63,878 bases of DNA from Lama glama (taxonomy: Eukaryota): contig CM052816.1 in NCBI GenBank assembly GCA_028534125.1, forward strand, positions 28,336,123 to 28,400,000. The letters run 5' to 3'. The notes under the pieces are model-generated. The model saw only the letters and a program-made list of their open reading frames with translations. It ran no database searches and was not told where the DNA came from. A program made the position numbers and the translations under genes. Within the stretch, counting starts at the first letter, position 1. Each line of letters opens with the position of its first letter. Shown here one piece after another: positions 1 to 14,282 of the stretch.

Positions 1-146
1 AAATCACAGAGAAAAAAATGTGACAATGAGTGTGTATATGTCCATGAATGACTGAAAAATTGTGCTGAACACTGGAATTTGACACAACATTGTAAAATGA
101 TTATAAATCAATAAAAAATGTTAAAAAAATAAATAAAAATAAAAAT
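1..146 (+). mobile_element. 3' end and poly(A) tail of a young, probably camelid-type L1
   Basis: ...gaatgactgaaaaattgtgctgaacactggaatttgacacaacattgtaaaatgattataaatcaataaaaaatgttaaaaaaat followed by an A-rich tail; resembles alpaca/camel L1 3' ends; truncated by the window start. Confidence 0.8.
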
Positions 147-700
147 ACTGAACTCATAGAAACAGAGTAGACAGGTGGTTACCAGAGGCTGAAAGATAAG
201 GGAAATGCAGAGATTTTGGTCAAAGGGTACAAACTTCCAGTTGTAATATGAGTAAGTTTAGAGGATCTAATGCATAGCACAGTGACCAGAGGTAACAATA
301 TTTTATTATACACTTGAAAGTTGATAAGAGCATACATCGTAAATTTTCTCCCCACTTACACACAAAAAGATAATTATGCAAGGTGATGAAGGTGTTAACT
401 AGTTCCATTCTGATAACTATTTCACAATATATATTTGTATCAAATCATCACATTGTATATCTTAAACTTACAAGATATTGCCAATTCTGTCTCAATAATC
501 TATGGAAAACAATTTTATACTTAATATTTAAAAAATAAAAAGGTATGTCCAAGATTCAGAACACTGACAACAGTAAATCCTGGCAAAGATGTAGAGGAAC
601 AAACCCCTGTTACTATTGGTGGGAATAAAAAATTGTACAATCTCTTTGGAAGACAGTGTGTCAATTTCTTACAAAACCAAACATATTTTTATCATAAGAT
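147..700 (+). mobile_element. Older L1MA/L1MB-type 3' UTR plus an L1M fragment
   Basis: ctcatagaaacagagtag..ggtggttaccagaggctg..ggtcaaagggtacaaacttccagtt..cttgaaagttgataagag hallmarks; then ggcaaagatgtagaggaac..ggtgggaat. Confidence 0.8.
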
Positions 701-999
701 TTTTGTGTGTTACTGGATTTTAAATGCTACATACACTATTTGTATTTTAACAGTCCATATTAAGATTGGATTATTCCACAACAAAAATAATTCACTGGAG
801 AAAAGAAATTTTGCCACTGTGTTTTAGAATTCGTTTTTGAAAACTAGTAACCTGTTTGAAAGCCAAATAGTTACAGGTATAAACATACATCTATTTGATA
901 TGTGTTAGGGGGTTGAGTAACACTCTTATTAAAATAATATTAATATAATAGTGAATTAATTTAATATTTTAAAATATAAATTAATTGAATTAAACCACG

Positions 1000-3720
1000 T
1001 CTGATAATAGTAGAATAACTTGTAGCAAACACACTTCTCATCAGGAACAAGTAGACAGCTACCAAGGGAACTAGGACTTGAGTTCAGAATTCTAGAGAGA
1101 ACAAAAGCTCACTGAAGTGAGCTTGGCACAGAAATTAACTGTACTTTTCCCACAAGGCATGTGACAACTCCTAAATTACATATAGCAGAGAGGCTAAGAA
1201 ACTAAGCAGGAAGCATCAACTGAGAAGGATTAGGGCATGAGGTAAGTTTTCAGCAGCTCTTTGGGGCTGAAGATCCAACAATTACGGGAAGAGTTCAGAG
1301 CTACTAATCAACCAGGAACTCAGGGGCAGTAATTTCAGAGAGAAAGAAAGTGCATGAAGGTAAACAGACTACTGTGTTGCCAAGGTATTTACAACTTTTT
1401 TAGCAGTTTTGCGGCCAAGAGGCTAAGAAGGTAAGGAAGAAGAATGCTAGCTAAGAACTGAATTTTGGGAAGTTTCATCAAGCAGGGTTAGCAAAAATTA
1501 GAAATAGCATGTGCCAAGGGAGAGGGACCTTGACATACACCCCAGACTTCCACATAGGACTTTGGAAATGCTATAGCTTAGAAACAAAGAGACATGAACA
1601 GGGTGTGTGTAAGAGGGGAGAAAATTTAAGATGTACACTCTTAGCAACTTTAAAAAGGCGTGACCCTAACTTTGCATATGTTCAAGCTCAAACTGAATTA
1701 AACTAGTTTCCCCTACTCTAGCTACATTTCAGAAAGCAACTGGAATTCCTTTCTGGTAAGAAGTAACATTGTCCAGCGTTTCTAATAACCTCCACAAAGT
1801 TTCATAAACAATGTCCAATATTCAATCAAAGATTACTAGCTATATAAAGTAAAACACCAAATGACTGAAAACCAAGAGGAAAAAAATAAAGTTCCAAAGG
1901 TCACCTGGTTATTAGAGCTTCCTACATATGGATTTTAAAATAACAGTGATTAATGTATTTTTAAAAGAGAAAAAGATAAAAATTTAACCTCAAAGCTAAG
2001 TCTATTTTAAAAAAGAACTACACAGAAATTAAAAACTAAATATATATCTAAAGTTAACATACTGAAAAAATTGTTAATAGGAGACTAAACATAGTAGAAA
2101 ACAGGTGACAAGAAAGACAAGAGACATAAAAGATAGATTGATGCATGGAGAGCAATAAAAGATGGAAATTATACGATACAGCTGAGACATGGGATAATAA
2201 AAATGTCTAACTGGAGACCCAGTAGAAGACTGGTAGGGAGTGGGGAGAAAAGAAGTATTTGGAGATACTGGTTAAAAAAGAATTTTAAGTGATAAACAAT
2301 ATGTCACAGGTGTAAAACTCTAAAAACAAAACAGGATAAATACAAAGAAAACCAGACCTAGGCACAACACAGTAAAACTCTGTAAAACCAAACACCAAGA
2401 GAGAATCTTAAAAACAATCATAAAAAACGTACATACCATTGTCAAAGGGGCAACAAATAAGATTGACGGTTCCTTTTTCAACAGAAACAATGGAAGCCAG
2501 AGATAATTAAGTGACATTTTTTAAGTGCTAAAACAAAACAACTGTCAGCCTAGAATTCAGCAAAATTAGATGGTGAAATAAAGATGCTTTCAGGAAAAAA
2601 TGATTATAATTTGTTAGGAATAGATTAACACCAAAAAAAAAAATACTTAAAGGAGACTTTTAAGAAGGGAAACATTTCAACTAAAAACAAAAAAATTGCA
2701 GGAATAATGAACAGTACAGAAAGCACATCTTTGTCTAAAATGATTATAATGATGATAATGATTGTGGTAGTGGTGATGATTGATGATGTTGGTTTTAGGA
2801 TTTTAAAATGTAAAATTATAATTCATATCAACCATAACTCAAAAAGATAGTGTACTAAAAGAAAGACAAAATGACATTGTACAGGTAGTGGTAAAAGTAC
2901 TAAGTTATCTTAGATTCTATTAAACCAAGATTCTACATTGCAATCTCCTGAGTAATCATTAAAGATGAGTAAAAGAGTATTTTACAATAAAGATAATAAA
3001 GGGCAAAAATGAAATGATTAAAAACAACTCAAACTCTGAATTGATCCACTGGTAAGGACAAAAAGAAAGAGCACAGAGCCTTAAGGAATGTAGAGGGAAG
3101 CTTAAGATGATACATTTAAACCCAAATATAAAAGCACTATATTCATTAATGCCTAAGATTGTCTATTATTTGGCAGTCCCTGCTAAAGCTGAACATAAGG
3201 ATATTCTATGACTTAGTAATTATTCTCATCGTCACACAGCCCTCAGAAATGTTTAAGTATCTTTGTCAAAAGACATGGACAGAAGCTCTGTAACAGCGTT
3301 ATTTGCAATTGCTGAAAACTGGACACAATCCAAATATCCATCAACAATAAAACAAACTGTGTATAAAAAGCTGTTAAATTAATTACTATATGGCAGATCA
3401 AATGAACAAACCACTGCTAGAGGAATCACACAGCTGAATCTCAAAAATAGAATACTGAGTGGAAAAAAGCCAGACATAGGAGTATACAATACATTATTAC
3501 ATTTAGTTCAAACAATTGTCAAAAGTAATACACAGTGTTTAAAATCAGGATAATGGTTAATCTGGGGAAGATGAAAGGTATTAACTGGGAAAGGTACCAG
3601 AGAGTTTTTGGTGTGCTGGTGTTCTTTCTTGACCTGGGTGATGGTCATATGGGATCACTTTATGAAAATCCATTGATCCCTTTTGGAAAATACATATGAT
3701 TTATGTTCTTTTCTGAATGA
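1000..3720 (+). mobile_element. Ancient L1M (L1ME-like): 5' region, ORF1 remnant and 3' end, with most of ORF2 missing
   Basis: ORF1 C-terminal motif (cctaggcacaacacagtaaaactctgtaaaaccaaa..agaaacaatggaagccaga..ctgtcagcctagaattc) at ~2340-2560; 3' UTR motifs (aaactggacacaatccaaatatccatcaaca; tgacctgggtgatggt) at 3310-3660. Confidence 0.7.
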
Positions 3721-5024
3721 TGTTATATTTGAAGAAATGAATTCATCTTTTAATGCATCTAGGTAAGAGAGGGTCTCAATATATATTTTAATATGTGGTA
3801 TTTTAGAAGTTAAATAAAAAGAATTAAAAACTTTATATATGAACCTCCTTATTCCCAAAATACTGTTTTCTCCCTTGTCATCAAAAACAGTAAAAAATTT
3901 AGTCAGGCCTAGTTTTCCAATACGGATGTTTTCCAGCAAAATGGATGTGTAAATAACGTTCTTTTCTTCTACTCCTTTAGCAAATATTCATTAACCATGC
4001 AGGAAACTTTAGGGGCTTTCTAGAATACAAAAATGTAACTAGAGTAGTAACACTCCAGTTTATATGAAATGGACACGAGAGAAAAATGTGCTTCTAGATT
4101 TTCTGTTCCAGTCTAGTTTAGTATCTTATCAAGTTATCTCCTCCAAGGATGATATATCATATCAGTCTAGGAAATTATATCCAAAGTCATTGGCGAATTT
4201 TGTATTAGCTGTTCTTCGGTTATATTATCACTTTCGAAGGTATATAAAAATTGTAAAATTCAAAGCTTATTTTCTGTATTTTACATGAATTTACTGAGTC
4301 AAATCTATTATGTCTCCCTGCTAATAATATTTGAGAAGAAATGAAACAAATAATCAAAAACAATATGGTGAAGAGCTCACATATCAGAACAATCCAGAAC
4401 ATTTTTAATGAACTGCTTAGCCAGATTTCACCTAAGACTTCAGGGGCTGGTGCACATTGGAGTTCAAGACTAGCACCTGGATGACTATTTAACAGCAGCC
4501 CTCAGGGTCTCTTGAGATGCGCTGGAAGAAATGAGGCTGCATTTCCATTGCACCATCTTTCACAGCAGACGTTAAGTGCAAAACATCCTAGGGAAACATT
4601 AAGTCACTTGTTCCACAGTTGGTAAAGAGAAAAGGTGTATGTTCCATCTCTTAACAATACCCTCTCCCAAGCTCACAGTCAACTTTTAACCCTTGCTACG
4701 TGTTAAAGTACAGCTGCATTTGCTTTCAAATCCCCCAAATCATATAATGCATCTCTTTATGGAGTGAGAAAAACACTATGGGTTTGTAGAAGAGAAAATG
4801 TGCTGGCTTGAAACCTAAAATCTATTTGAAATTGACTTGAAATTCTTACCAAATGATTCCTGAAGTGAACTGAAATCTGGAAATGGGTATCTATGAACAC
4901 TTGAGGATTCATTCAGAAAAGAGTTTCTTTTATATACTCAGAAAAGCATATGCTCTCACATCCTGTACTTACACTCTGCAATAGTTTTACATTTCATACC
5001 TAAAGTTACTATCTTATTTTCAAT

Positions 5025-5500
5025 ACATCAACTGAACAACATTGGTTGAGGGCTCACTCTGTGCTGCCTCCTGGCTGCTGTGTCATTTAAGGAGCTCACA
5101 AAATTTGTGAAAGTTATAAGACAATAAAAGCACTAAAGCGTTGTGGTATCGATATAATCAACAAAGAACTGAAGGCTAGACAAAAAACACTAAAGAAATC
5201 TTGGTAAAAGTAAATTCTAGGCTGAATAAAGAGTAAATCCAAAGATCAAAAAGTAAAAGTATCTGTTATATTTGGGAGACAGTAATGGAAAAGCCTGTTG
5301 AGAGTGAAAGTTATGTTTGGGAAATAAGCTGTAAAGTATAATGAAAGCATTAAGGTGCAAGGGATGGCAAACCTTCAATGACAGCTCTGGACTCATTTCT
5401 TTGGACAAGGCTGGCAGCAAATTATTAAAGAGACCAAAAAGAGATGAAAGTAGCCCAAAATGTATGAGCCAACTGGAACATGTGTTGAGTTGGTTCAGGC
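5025..5500 (-). mobile_element. Degraded L2 fragment
   Basis: caacattggttgagggctcactctgtgctg...aaggagctcaca resembles the reverse complement of the L2 3' end. Confidence 0.4.
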
Positions 5501-5776
5501 ATGTGGTCTAGAATACTACTGATGAAAATTAAGAAAGCAGACCTGTTGAAACTTTAAGACAAACTACACAGCAGCTGAAAAGAAAGACAGGGATCAGAGC
5601 CAAATATATTAAACATACATAATACTGTCCTTCATTTGTGTTCAACAATATGAATGTAATTTATAATATTATAAAGGCAACTTAATTCTCATGACTAATT
5701 CAAAACACTTAACTGAAAAGACTGAGTTGTTCACATAATTCTGTCTCTATAAATGGATTTTTTTTAATAAACTGCA

Positions 5777-5990
5777 AGAGTTTGGGGTTAACGTATACAC
5801 ACCACTATACATAAAATCGTTAAACAACAAGGGTCTACTGTATAGCACAGGGGACTATATTCAGTATCATGTAATAAGATACAATGGAAAAGAATCTGAA
5901 AAAGAATATATATGTATCTGCATAATTGAATCACTCTGCTGTACACCTGAAACTGAAACACACTGTAAATTAACTTCAATTTTAAAATGG
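5777..5990 (+). mobile_element. 5'-truncated cetartiodactyl-type L1 3' end
   Basis: gagtttggggttaac..ctactgtatagcacagggg actatattcagtatc..aatcactctgctgtacacctgaaact. Confidence 0.85.
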
Positions 5991-6149
5991 TTAAAAAAGT
6001 GAATGGACATTTTAAATTAACACAAATAAATAAGAAATCTCAAGGGGGATAGGGAAGCAGAAGGAATCTAAAAGTCTTAATTCCAGCTCTTCCACTGAGA
6101 TAAACTATTTTTAAAAGCATATGTAATCTTATGATGCTCTGATAATAAA

Positions 6150-6420
6150 ACAATAAACAATAAGAAATGATATTTATGCTGTACTTAACACCGTGCCAAT
6201 CACTATACTAAGCATTTATATAAATCATTTCCTTTACTCCTCAAACAATCCCTCTGGAGTAAAATCTATACTTATCTTCATATTACAGTATACAAAATTG
6301 AAGCTAAGAAAGTGAATAAAACTACCATGGTCTAAGAGTTACTAAGCGGCTACACCTGAAGCGACAAAAACAGGTCTGTTTACTGACAACTCTGCCCTTA
6401 ACTATACACACTGTCCTATA
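6150..6420 (-). mobile_element. MIR SINE
   Basis: gtgccaatcactatactaagcatttata..ctcctcaaacaatcc..catattacag..aaaattgaagctaagaaagtgaa, MIR core reverse complement. Confidence 0.65.
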
Positions 6421-6479
6421 ACAATCTTTCGTCAATCTTTTGTAGCACACTTTGCTTGGAACAGTTGAAAGATGGCATG

Positions 6480-6620
6480 ACAGGAGTTAAGATACTTGGG
6501 TTTTAAACTCTGGTCTGTCACTAACTGGTTCTGTGACTTTGGGCAAGTCGATTAATCTTGATGGCTCACACAATTTCTCCATACACAAAATGAGGAGATT
6601 GGGGTACTCATTCCTTTAAG
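6480..6620 (+). mobile_element. MIR SINE fragment
   Basis: ctggtctgtcactaactggttctgtgactttgggcaagtc..caatttctccatacacaaaatgagga. Confidence 0.7.
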
Positions 6621-7684
6621 CAGTAAAATTATATGACTAAATGATATGTATCATATAATTAAGTTCTCAGAACTGGGAGGTTTTATAATTTGTACTTATT
6701 CTGGTTTTGGTATTCAGAGCAATAATGATTCTCTATCTCCCTTTATAGTCAGAGAGTTAAGGATGCTTGCTACTGGCAATCTCATCTTTTAATTACTCAG
6801 CTTTGTAGTTGCTGATAAATACTTACTTATTTTTGAAGCACATTATTTTGCCCTATTCATTCCATCTTTTGTATTTTATTCTAGATTTCATTATGTAGAA
6901 GAGCTTAGCATCTTTCCTCTCAGCATTAATACTCAATCATGGGTTATCATTGAAGCTTCTGCTATTGTAGCAGTAAATCTATATAATGTATAAACACATT
7001 TAGAAAGAATATATTCAGCATGGATTATACTGGCATTCTGCAACTGAGATTCAATCCCTTCCAGAAAATTACAACTAAGAGTGCATGCATGGTGAAGTTG
7101 GAGAAAGAGTTTATAGTTTTTAATTTTGAAATCACAGATATACACATACACACATATATAAAGATATTTTTGCTATTTGACATCTGGTAGTAATCTGAGT
7201 CACAACTTGCACTTCCTTAGTTTGGCAGTAACTTTTCTTTAAATGTTAAGCATAAACTCTATAGATATATTCCAAAAGCTAATATCAAATCCACTTAGAT
7301 GAATTAATGTGTAAATAAACTACAAACGTTAAAGCAAATCTCATGACATTCAGTTAGTCATAATAAAAATAAGAACTCATATATTTTTTATGTACTCATT
7401 TTCTTTTTAAGAAGAAAAAACAAACAAACAACATAAAAAACCCATAAATGTGGTTCAGGTTTTCCCCAAATGTCAGGAAAAACAATACCTGAGTCTTTCC
7501 AAAACATTAATATCCAATGTGTTTCATTATGATACCCCACAACACTGGTATATCTTCTACTATTACATGTAAGTTGACAGAAAGAATTTTTTTTAATCTC
7601 CCTCTTTGAGACCTGGGAAGCAAACTGGTATCAAGTTAAGCACACATTTCACTTGCACTACACTTAGCCTTTGCTTCAATGCAA

Positions 7685-8130
7685 CTATTTGAAAATTAAC
7701 CCAGTGGAAATCCAGACTCTTATAAATAACTCACGGATCAAAGAGGAAATCAAAACAAATTGTAGATTACTTGAAATTAACACAAATAAATCTATTTCAT
7801 ATAAAAACATAAGAACACTTTGCTCTGTGTATTTGTTAAGAACTATGGAATTACTCAGCAACTGGAACCAATGAGTATCTCTGGAGACCAGCACCCAGAA
7901 CAGAGTTCAAAAGTGAAAATGTTCAAAGTCTTGAACTTGGACCATTCTGACCCCTCTTGGACTCCAAAGGAATTCTAGAACAAAGTTTGCTCTCTCAAGA
8001 GAAGCTGATCAAAAGACCTTTGAACCTGGGGATACCCGGAAAAGCTGATGGAGAAGGTGGAGTCCACTATGGAGGCAAATTAGACCTCTGCCTGTTGAAC
8101 AATGGTCACCAAACAGGACAAGAAAAATAA
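7685..8130 (+). mobile_element. Old L1M fragments
   Basis: aaataactcacggatcaaagaggaaatcaaaacaaattgtagattacttgaaatt (ORF2-like), then L1M 5'-region-like sequence. Confidence 0.5.
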
Positions 8131-8414
8131 ATTATATAACAATTCCTATGTTATATGTATTATAATACATATGTGAGCTTTAAATTTTATATTTTTTACT
8201 GATATGGCTGGAGCCTCAACATGTGAAATAATATTTCAATACAGTCATCTTTGGCATTTTGTCAATACAAAAGTATGCTTTTAAGAGAATATAGCGGTTT
8301 TAATTTAGCAATCTATTAGCTAGATCTGTAACTTTTAAATAGTTAAACTTTGAAAAGTGGGCCTCTTGTGTATTCTTGTAGAAGGCCTTGCAAATATGAG
8401 TGGCAGACCTGTTT

Positions 8415-8750
8415 TTCTTAGGATATTTTTCAATCAAAATCTATTCAGATGTCTTCTTTTGCACTTTTGTGTTCATCCTATTTGTAATTCATGGTAGTTA
8501 TCACCTTTCCAGTTATGAGTTTCTCATTTCTGTAGCATCCTACTTCTTTCCTATTTAGAGTAGACCTTTCAATATTTCTTTTAGCATGGGGTTAGTGTTG
8601 CTAAACTCTTCTAGTTTTTGCTTATCTGTGAAATTCTTTCTCTCTCCTTTGATTCTAAAGGATAGCCTTGCTGGACAAAGTATCCTAGGCTGCATCTTTT
8701 TTTCACTCAGGACTTTGAATATATCTTGCCACTCCTTTCTGGCCTGTAGA
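8415..8750 (-). mobile_element. Internal (ORF1-end) fragment of a relatively young L1
   Basis: aaggatagccttgctggacaaagtatcctaggctgc..gactttgaatatatcttgccactcctttctggcctgtaga is the antisense L1 ORF1 C-terminal region. Confidence 0.75.
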
Positions 8751-11700
8751 AAGGAAACAGGTGTGTAGTTTTGTATATTCCACAGTTCCTATTTTAATTA
8801 AAGCCAGAACTTTTTTCACCTATCACCACTATTACCAGAACACAACTCAGGATATTAACATAATAGCAGATACAGAAATGGAGAGAGCAAAAATCAGTAC
8901 TTGATCTTTATTTTTATGTAAATACCTATTTTTAGAGTTTGTTCATATTGATGAGATTTCTCATATAATTGTGAATTAAGGGGAAATATGTTTTATTTCA
9001 AAATATATTTCTTCAAAAGAAAATTTATATGAATTAAACCTATTACTGGCAAATTGGCTTTATTCAATATAGGTTTCTAAAATGAGGTATTAATCTTACA
9101 TGTTGAACATAAAAATACTTTTACAAATGGTGTTTAGAGAAGCCATTGTTATAACTGCAGGGTAATTTCACTGCAATTGTGATATTGGCAACTTTTTAGG
9201 AAGCTGAAGGCACACTAAAAACTTTGTAATTCTCTCTGTGAAAGTGTATTGTGGATCCCCTTGATGTATAATTAAATGTATCTATAAAAATAAAGTCATT
9301 AAAACATTCCTCTCCTTAAAATCAGAATAGGCCCACATGCCAGAAGTGCAATGTCTAAGTCACCTGTGGAAGTAACATCTGCCCCACAAATTGTTTGACA
9401 TTTCTTAAGACATCAGAAATTGCTTACAGTGAGGATTTCAGCATTCCAATACCCATGTCCACCTGAGAAAATGTCAAAATGTGTAGTGATCAAGCAAATA
9501 TTCTATACGGTCAACAATGTTACTCTGAGAAATGTCAACTAAACTCATAATCTGGGGAAGAGACAAACTCAAATTAGCCTGTGTATAATTCAACTGCTCA
9601 TGGATGTAGTAAAAAAAATTTTGGTTTATTTTCATCATCACTCATTTGAGAAGTAACAATTTGGTCAAAATTAAGTGACAAGATGAATATGAAATGAAGG
9701 TTCAAGAATTTGCCTCATCACAGATTCCTTGGTGGAACACAAGTATTACTTTATGTTTTTGGTCTTAAATGGATGGCTTTTTAGTAGCTACTTGATAAAT
9801 AATACTTTTTTCTTTACAATGTTTTCGTCAAACTAGAAGCTGGCTCTGTTCCGCTATCTAACTGGAGTCCCTCAAGAAGACCACAAGGTCAAGAGAGCAC
9901 AGCACGCCTGGTGCACTAAAACAATAACTTTCCATCTGTGTGTTTATAGAGAATCTCTGCAGGAGCTCCTTGCTTAAAAACAGTTTGGAAGATAAATAAT
10001 GAATGCTTTCTTTGGGAGAGTTGGCTTTCCAGCAATACATTTTTATGAAATTCTAGAAAACGAGTGTTACCAACTTATAATTACATATAGCAAATGGAAA
10101 GAACCACAAGGAAAGCCACAGCAAGGGACATATCTCATACTGAAATAGTGAAAAGCAATATGTAATCCAATGTAAATATTCTATAATTCTGGAGAAGCTG
10201 ATTCAACTTGATTTAACTTTTAATATCTAGAAAGTGTTCTCTTTCCTAGAGGCTGCAAAAAAAAAAAAGTACTATTCATGTGTAAATGTGCACACAATTC
10301 ATTCTGTCATCAGTGAGTCTTGTATTTCTGTAAATTCCTGGTAGGGTCTTTATTCTTGGTATATTTCAGTTAAGGGAGTAACAGATGGTTAGAGTTTTAT
10401 GTGTGCCATTGTTGATGGCTATCACATTCTATCTTTAAAAAATGATAGAGAATATACTTGGATACTTGGATATAAGTAAACAAATATTTAAACACAAAAC
10501 AAAACCAACCTTGATCTGAATCTGTTTTCTAATGTAACAGAAACAAAATGGACAAGTATCACATACAAGTGACAGCTCAGGCCAACCTCATGATTCTGCC
10601 TGAGAAGAGCCTGTGCCCCTGCTGTGAAAGATGCAACTACACAGTAAAAAGGCTCTCTGGCTGTTAAATTAATAGTCTTGCCACAGATAACCGGCCAGAC
10701 CCAGGAATAGAGTGAAGCCAGGAATGGTACACCACAGTCAATCCTGTGACCCTTTCTGTGAGAGGAAAATACTGGGAAGAAATATAGAAGTTGTTCAAAT
10801 ATAAGTGGGGATGACAGGAAAACTAGTGATCTGAAAAAATGAAGTAGTTTAAAGGAAATATTTGTATGGGGTGTGGCGCATGTGTGTGTTTGGGTCTATG
10901 TCTGTGTGTATTTATGGGTATGGTATGTGTTTTCTGTGAATTCTCTACCCTACTACTAAACACGTACTGGGACTATGCGGCCATGCTGCTTTTGGTAATA
11001 CCTAGTCTTCATGTTTAAGCATGTATCTCTGAAGTCATTCTTTATGACTATATGCAATCTAGAAATAAATTACTTTCAAAAAGTATTTAGACAGAAAATG
11101 TTTTCTTGTATCATGATATCTGCTGATATTTTCTCTATTCTAGCCAATATGATTACATACCTTCTCTACAAACATATGGGACACTTTTTCTTCCTTCAAT
11201 TTGTTCCATTTCAATTAAAAAAAACTAAACTAGAAGTACAGTGTTCAGGATTTTCTTTGTTAGGGTTGGCATTTTCTTAGAATGGACATGAGTATTGTTC
11301 AATTAAAGTGAATGTGATTCAAGTTGAGTGGGGGGAAGAAAAAAAAGACCTGAATCAATGCATTTCCGAAGTCAAACTAAAGACAAAAACTGAATTCTGT
11401 GTGGTTATGCAATTTGGAAAGCAGGAACTGAATCAGAGTAGCATAACAGAGAAAGAGTGGGAAAGGTATTCTGGAAAGAAGTGGAAAAGCACCAGGTTGC
11501 TGGCAATTGTGTAGAAACAGAGCTAAGAGAACAAAATGCCTGGGGATGGCAGGGGCCAAAAGGGATGCCAGGAAAAGATAATGTCTCATGCAACTTTTAG
11601 GTTAATATATATTCCCCCCCCCCATTTCCCCTGTGAAATCAGTAACACCTATATCACACTCTGTTGCTTTTAGAAATAGGAGTCTGTAGAGGATAATAGG

Positions 11701-11754
11701 CAGAAAAAGGACAAGCAAATAGCAACTATCTAGAATACATATGTTCTACAATGT

Positions 11755-12770
11755 TTTTCCAGTTTTACTGAGATACAATTGACAAAATATTACATAAGTT
11801 TTAAGGTGTCCAATGAGATGATTTCATACATATACGTATGGCAAAATGTTACCACAAAAAGGTTAGTTAACATATCCTTCAACTTATAAGACTACCATTT
11901 TGGGGTTGCAACTGTTATGATGAGAACATTTTTTTTTTGATGATAACATTTTAGTTCTACTCTTATAGCAATTTTTAAGTATAAATACAGGTATAGTCAC
12001 CATGCTGCACATTAGATCCCCAGAACTTACTCACAGCTGAAAGTCTGCACGCTTTGACCAAAATCTCCACATCTCTTCCAACTCCCAGCCTCTGGAAACC
12101 ATCAATCTACTCTCTGTTTCTGTGAGTCTGACATTTTTAGATCCCACATATAAGTGAGATCATACCGTATGTCTTTTTCTGTCTGATTTCATTTAGCATA
12201 ATGCCCTAAAGATCTATCCATATTGTTGCAAATGGTAGGATTTTTCTTTTTATGGCTAAATAATATCCCATTGTATGTATGTGTGTGTGTGTGTACATAT
12301 ATCTCTAATATATATATATATACACATATATATGTGTATATATATATATATACACATATACATATACACATATAAAATATACACACACACACATACACTT
12401 CTCCACTTATTCTTTACCTGTTTATCCACCAATAGAAACTTAGGTTATTTCCATGTCTTGGCTACTGTGAATAATGCTGCAATGAACACTGGAGTGCTTT
12501 AGAGAGCACTGTTCCTTTGAGATAGTGATTTCATTTCCTTTGGATATATACCCAGAAGTGGGAATGCTGGATCATATGGTAGATCTATTTTTAATTCTTT
12601 TGAGAAACCGCCATTCTGTTTTCCATAGTAGTTGTTCCAATTTGCATTCCCATCAGCAGTTATAAGGGTTCCTTTAATCCACATCCTCACCAGCATTTGT
12701 TATCTTCTGTCTTTTGACAACAGCCATTCTAACAGGTGTGCGGTGATATCTCATTGTGGTTTTGATGTTC
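11755..12770 (-). mobile_element. L1MA-type 3' UTR and ORF2 end
   Basis: ttttactgagatacaattgaca..cacatataagtgagatcat..tttggatatatacccagaagtgggaatgctggatcatatggtag..cagccattctaacaggtgtg. Confidence 0.9.
12272..12397. repeat. Compound (TG)n/(TA)n/(CA)n microsatellite inside L1
   Basis: tgtatgtatgtgtgtgtgtgtgtacatat..tatatatata..cacacacacac seen directly. Confidence 0.95.
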
Positions 12771-13177
12771 TGCAGTATTTAGTACACTCTGATCTATGTT
12801 AATCTGACTTAAAGTAGCAGAGAAAAAAAGATTACTAAAAGGGAGGATTATTTTAATACACTGTGAATGTATCCAAATAAAGTCCTGTTCTGGAACCAGT
12901 TATGCCAGTGGACTAATGCAGAAGAAAATTATAGATGTGCTTTATGTGCAAGTCAGTTGACTTCATTCAGTGTTCCAGCCAGGGAGTAAAGTATCTCCTT
13001 CATACTTCCTTGCTATTGATCATAAGACCTATGCAAGAGACACATGGATGTATCACACCTAGATTTGCAGGACCAAAAAATGAGGTTTAACCATTATTAG
13101 ATTACATTACATTAAAAAATTGAAATTTTGCTCAACATTTGATTTGACAATTTTTAATATCAGTCTTCCAGGTTTAT

Positions 13178-13419
13178 AGCAGGTTTTCTCAGTTTTGGCA
13201 GTACTGAAATTTTAAGGCCATATAATTTTTGTTGTATGGTGTTGTCCTATACATAGCACGATGCTTAACAGCAGCCCTGGCCTCTACCCACTAGATGTCA
13301 GTAGCAACCCCCTCCCCTGCTACAAAAAAAAAACAACAAAAAAAATCATAATTGTCTCCAGATATTTCCAAGTGTCCTCAGAGGGAGTTGGGGAGTAACC
13401 TCTGAATGAGAACCAGCAG
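13178..13419 (+). mobile_element. MER20 (hAT-Charlie MITE)
   Basis: caggttttctcag..ccctggcctctacccactagatgtcagtagca..tgtctccagatatttccaagtgtcc..tgagaacca; flanks ggtttata/agtttaca resemble an 8-bp TSD. Confidence 0.9.
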
Positions 13420-14282
13420 TTTACACAAAGAGAAACTAAGCCTCAGAAAGAACATTTTGGGAAACATAATTTCCCTAGAAAAAATTAAACTTCATTTTTT
13501 TTATTTTCCAAAGTGAAAATAATGCCTTCTAAATAGTTACTAAATAGTTTCACTGGTATCCAACATTCAAGCTTGCAATTTCACTTTGGATATTGTCATG
13601 TACCTTAATGCAACTGAATTAAACACATGAATCTTCACATGGCATCTCATAAGCCAATATTTTAGGCAAAGAAGAACTTAAAACTTCTTGAATAATGGCT
13701 ATGTTGGGGGTTTTGATTAGGAAATCTTCATTACTTTGCAACTTTCAATGCATCTCTGTCCAAAAGACATAGTGAGGATAAATAAAATATAAAAAGATAT
13801 TATTAAGCAAAGATCAAACATTAAAAAAAAAAACTTTCTATTTCCAAAGAGAAACCCAAAGCAGAGAATGGAGTTATACTCAGAGATCTATCCTCACAAA
13901 CAACTAGAAGGCAAGTACAGAAGCAGGAAAGAGTAGCTGGAAGGTAGAGGTGATAAGGGAGACTGAGGCTGGGCTTGCTGAGAAGTCATCAGTTAGGGTC
14001 CTTGTGTTTAACAAATTTTTTAAAAATAGCCATCCTGAAACTCTGCCTGGGGCTCAGTTTATATACAGAAAGAAACATCCTTCCTTGAATTTCAGACATT
14101 CATTATGAGATTATTTTGCTTCTTCCTGAGGTTTATCCTTTAGAAAAGAGCTTCCCAGATGGGGTGTCATGAATAGGTCACAGAAGTGCATGAGATACTG
14201 ATACCCTGAGCTCTTCTTGTGGCTCGTGGAGAACAGAATGGCTAGACCTGGCTGACCTCTGGCCCATGAGCATGGTTATCTA

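Noticed and set aside
9858..10052. Minus-strand acceptor (ttttctag) followed by open frames
   Set aside because: No convincing donor and no recognisable peptide
12189..12502. Overlapping YI/CV/HT-rich ORFs
   Set aside because: Translation of a dinucleotide microsatellite
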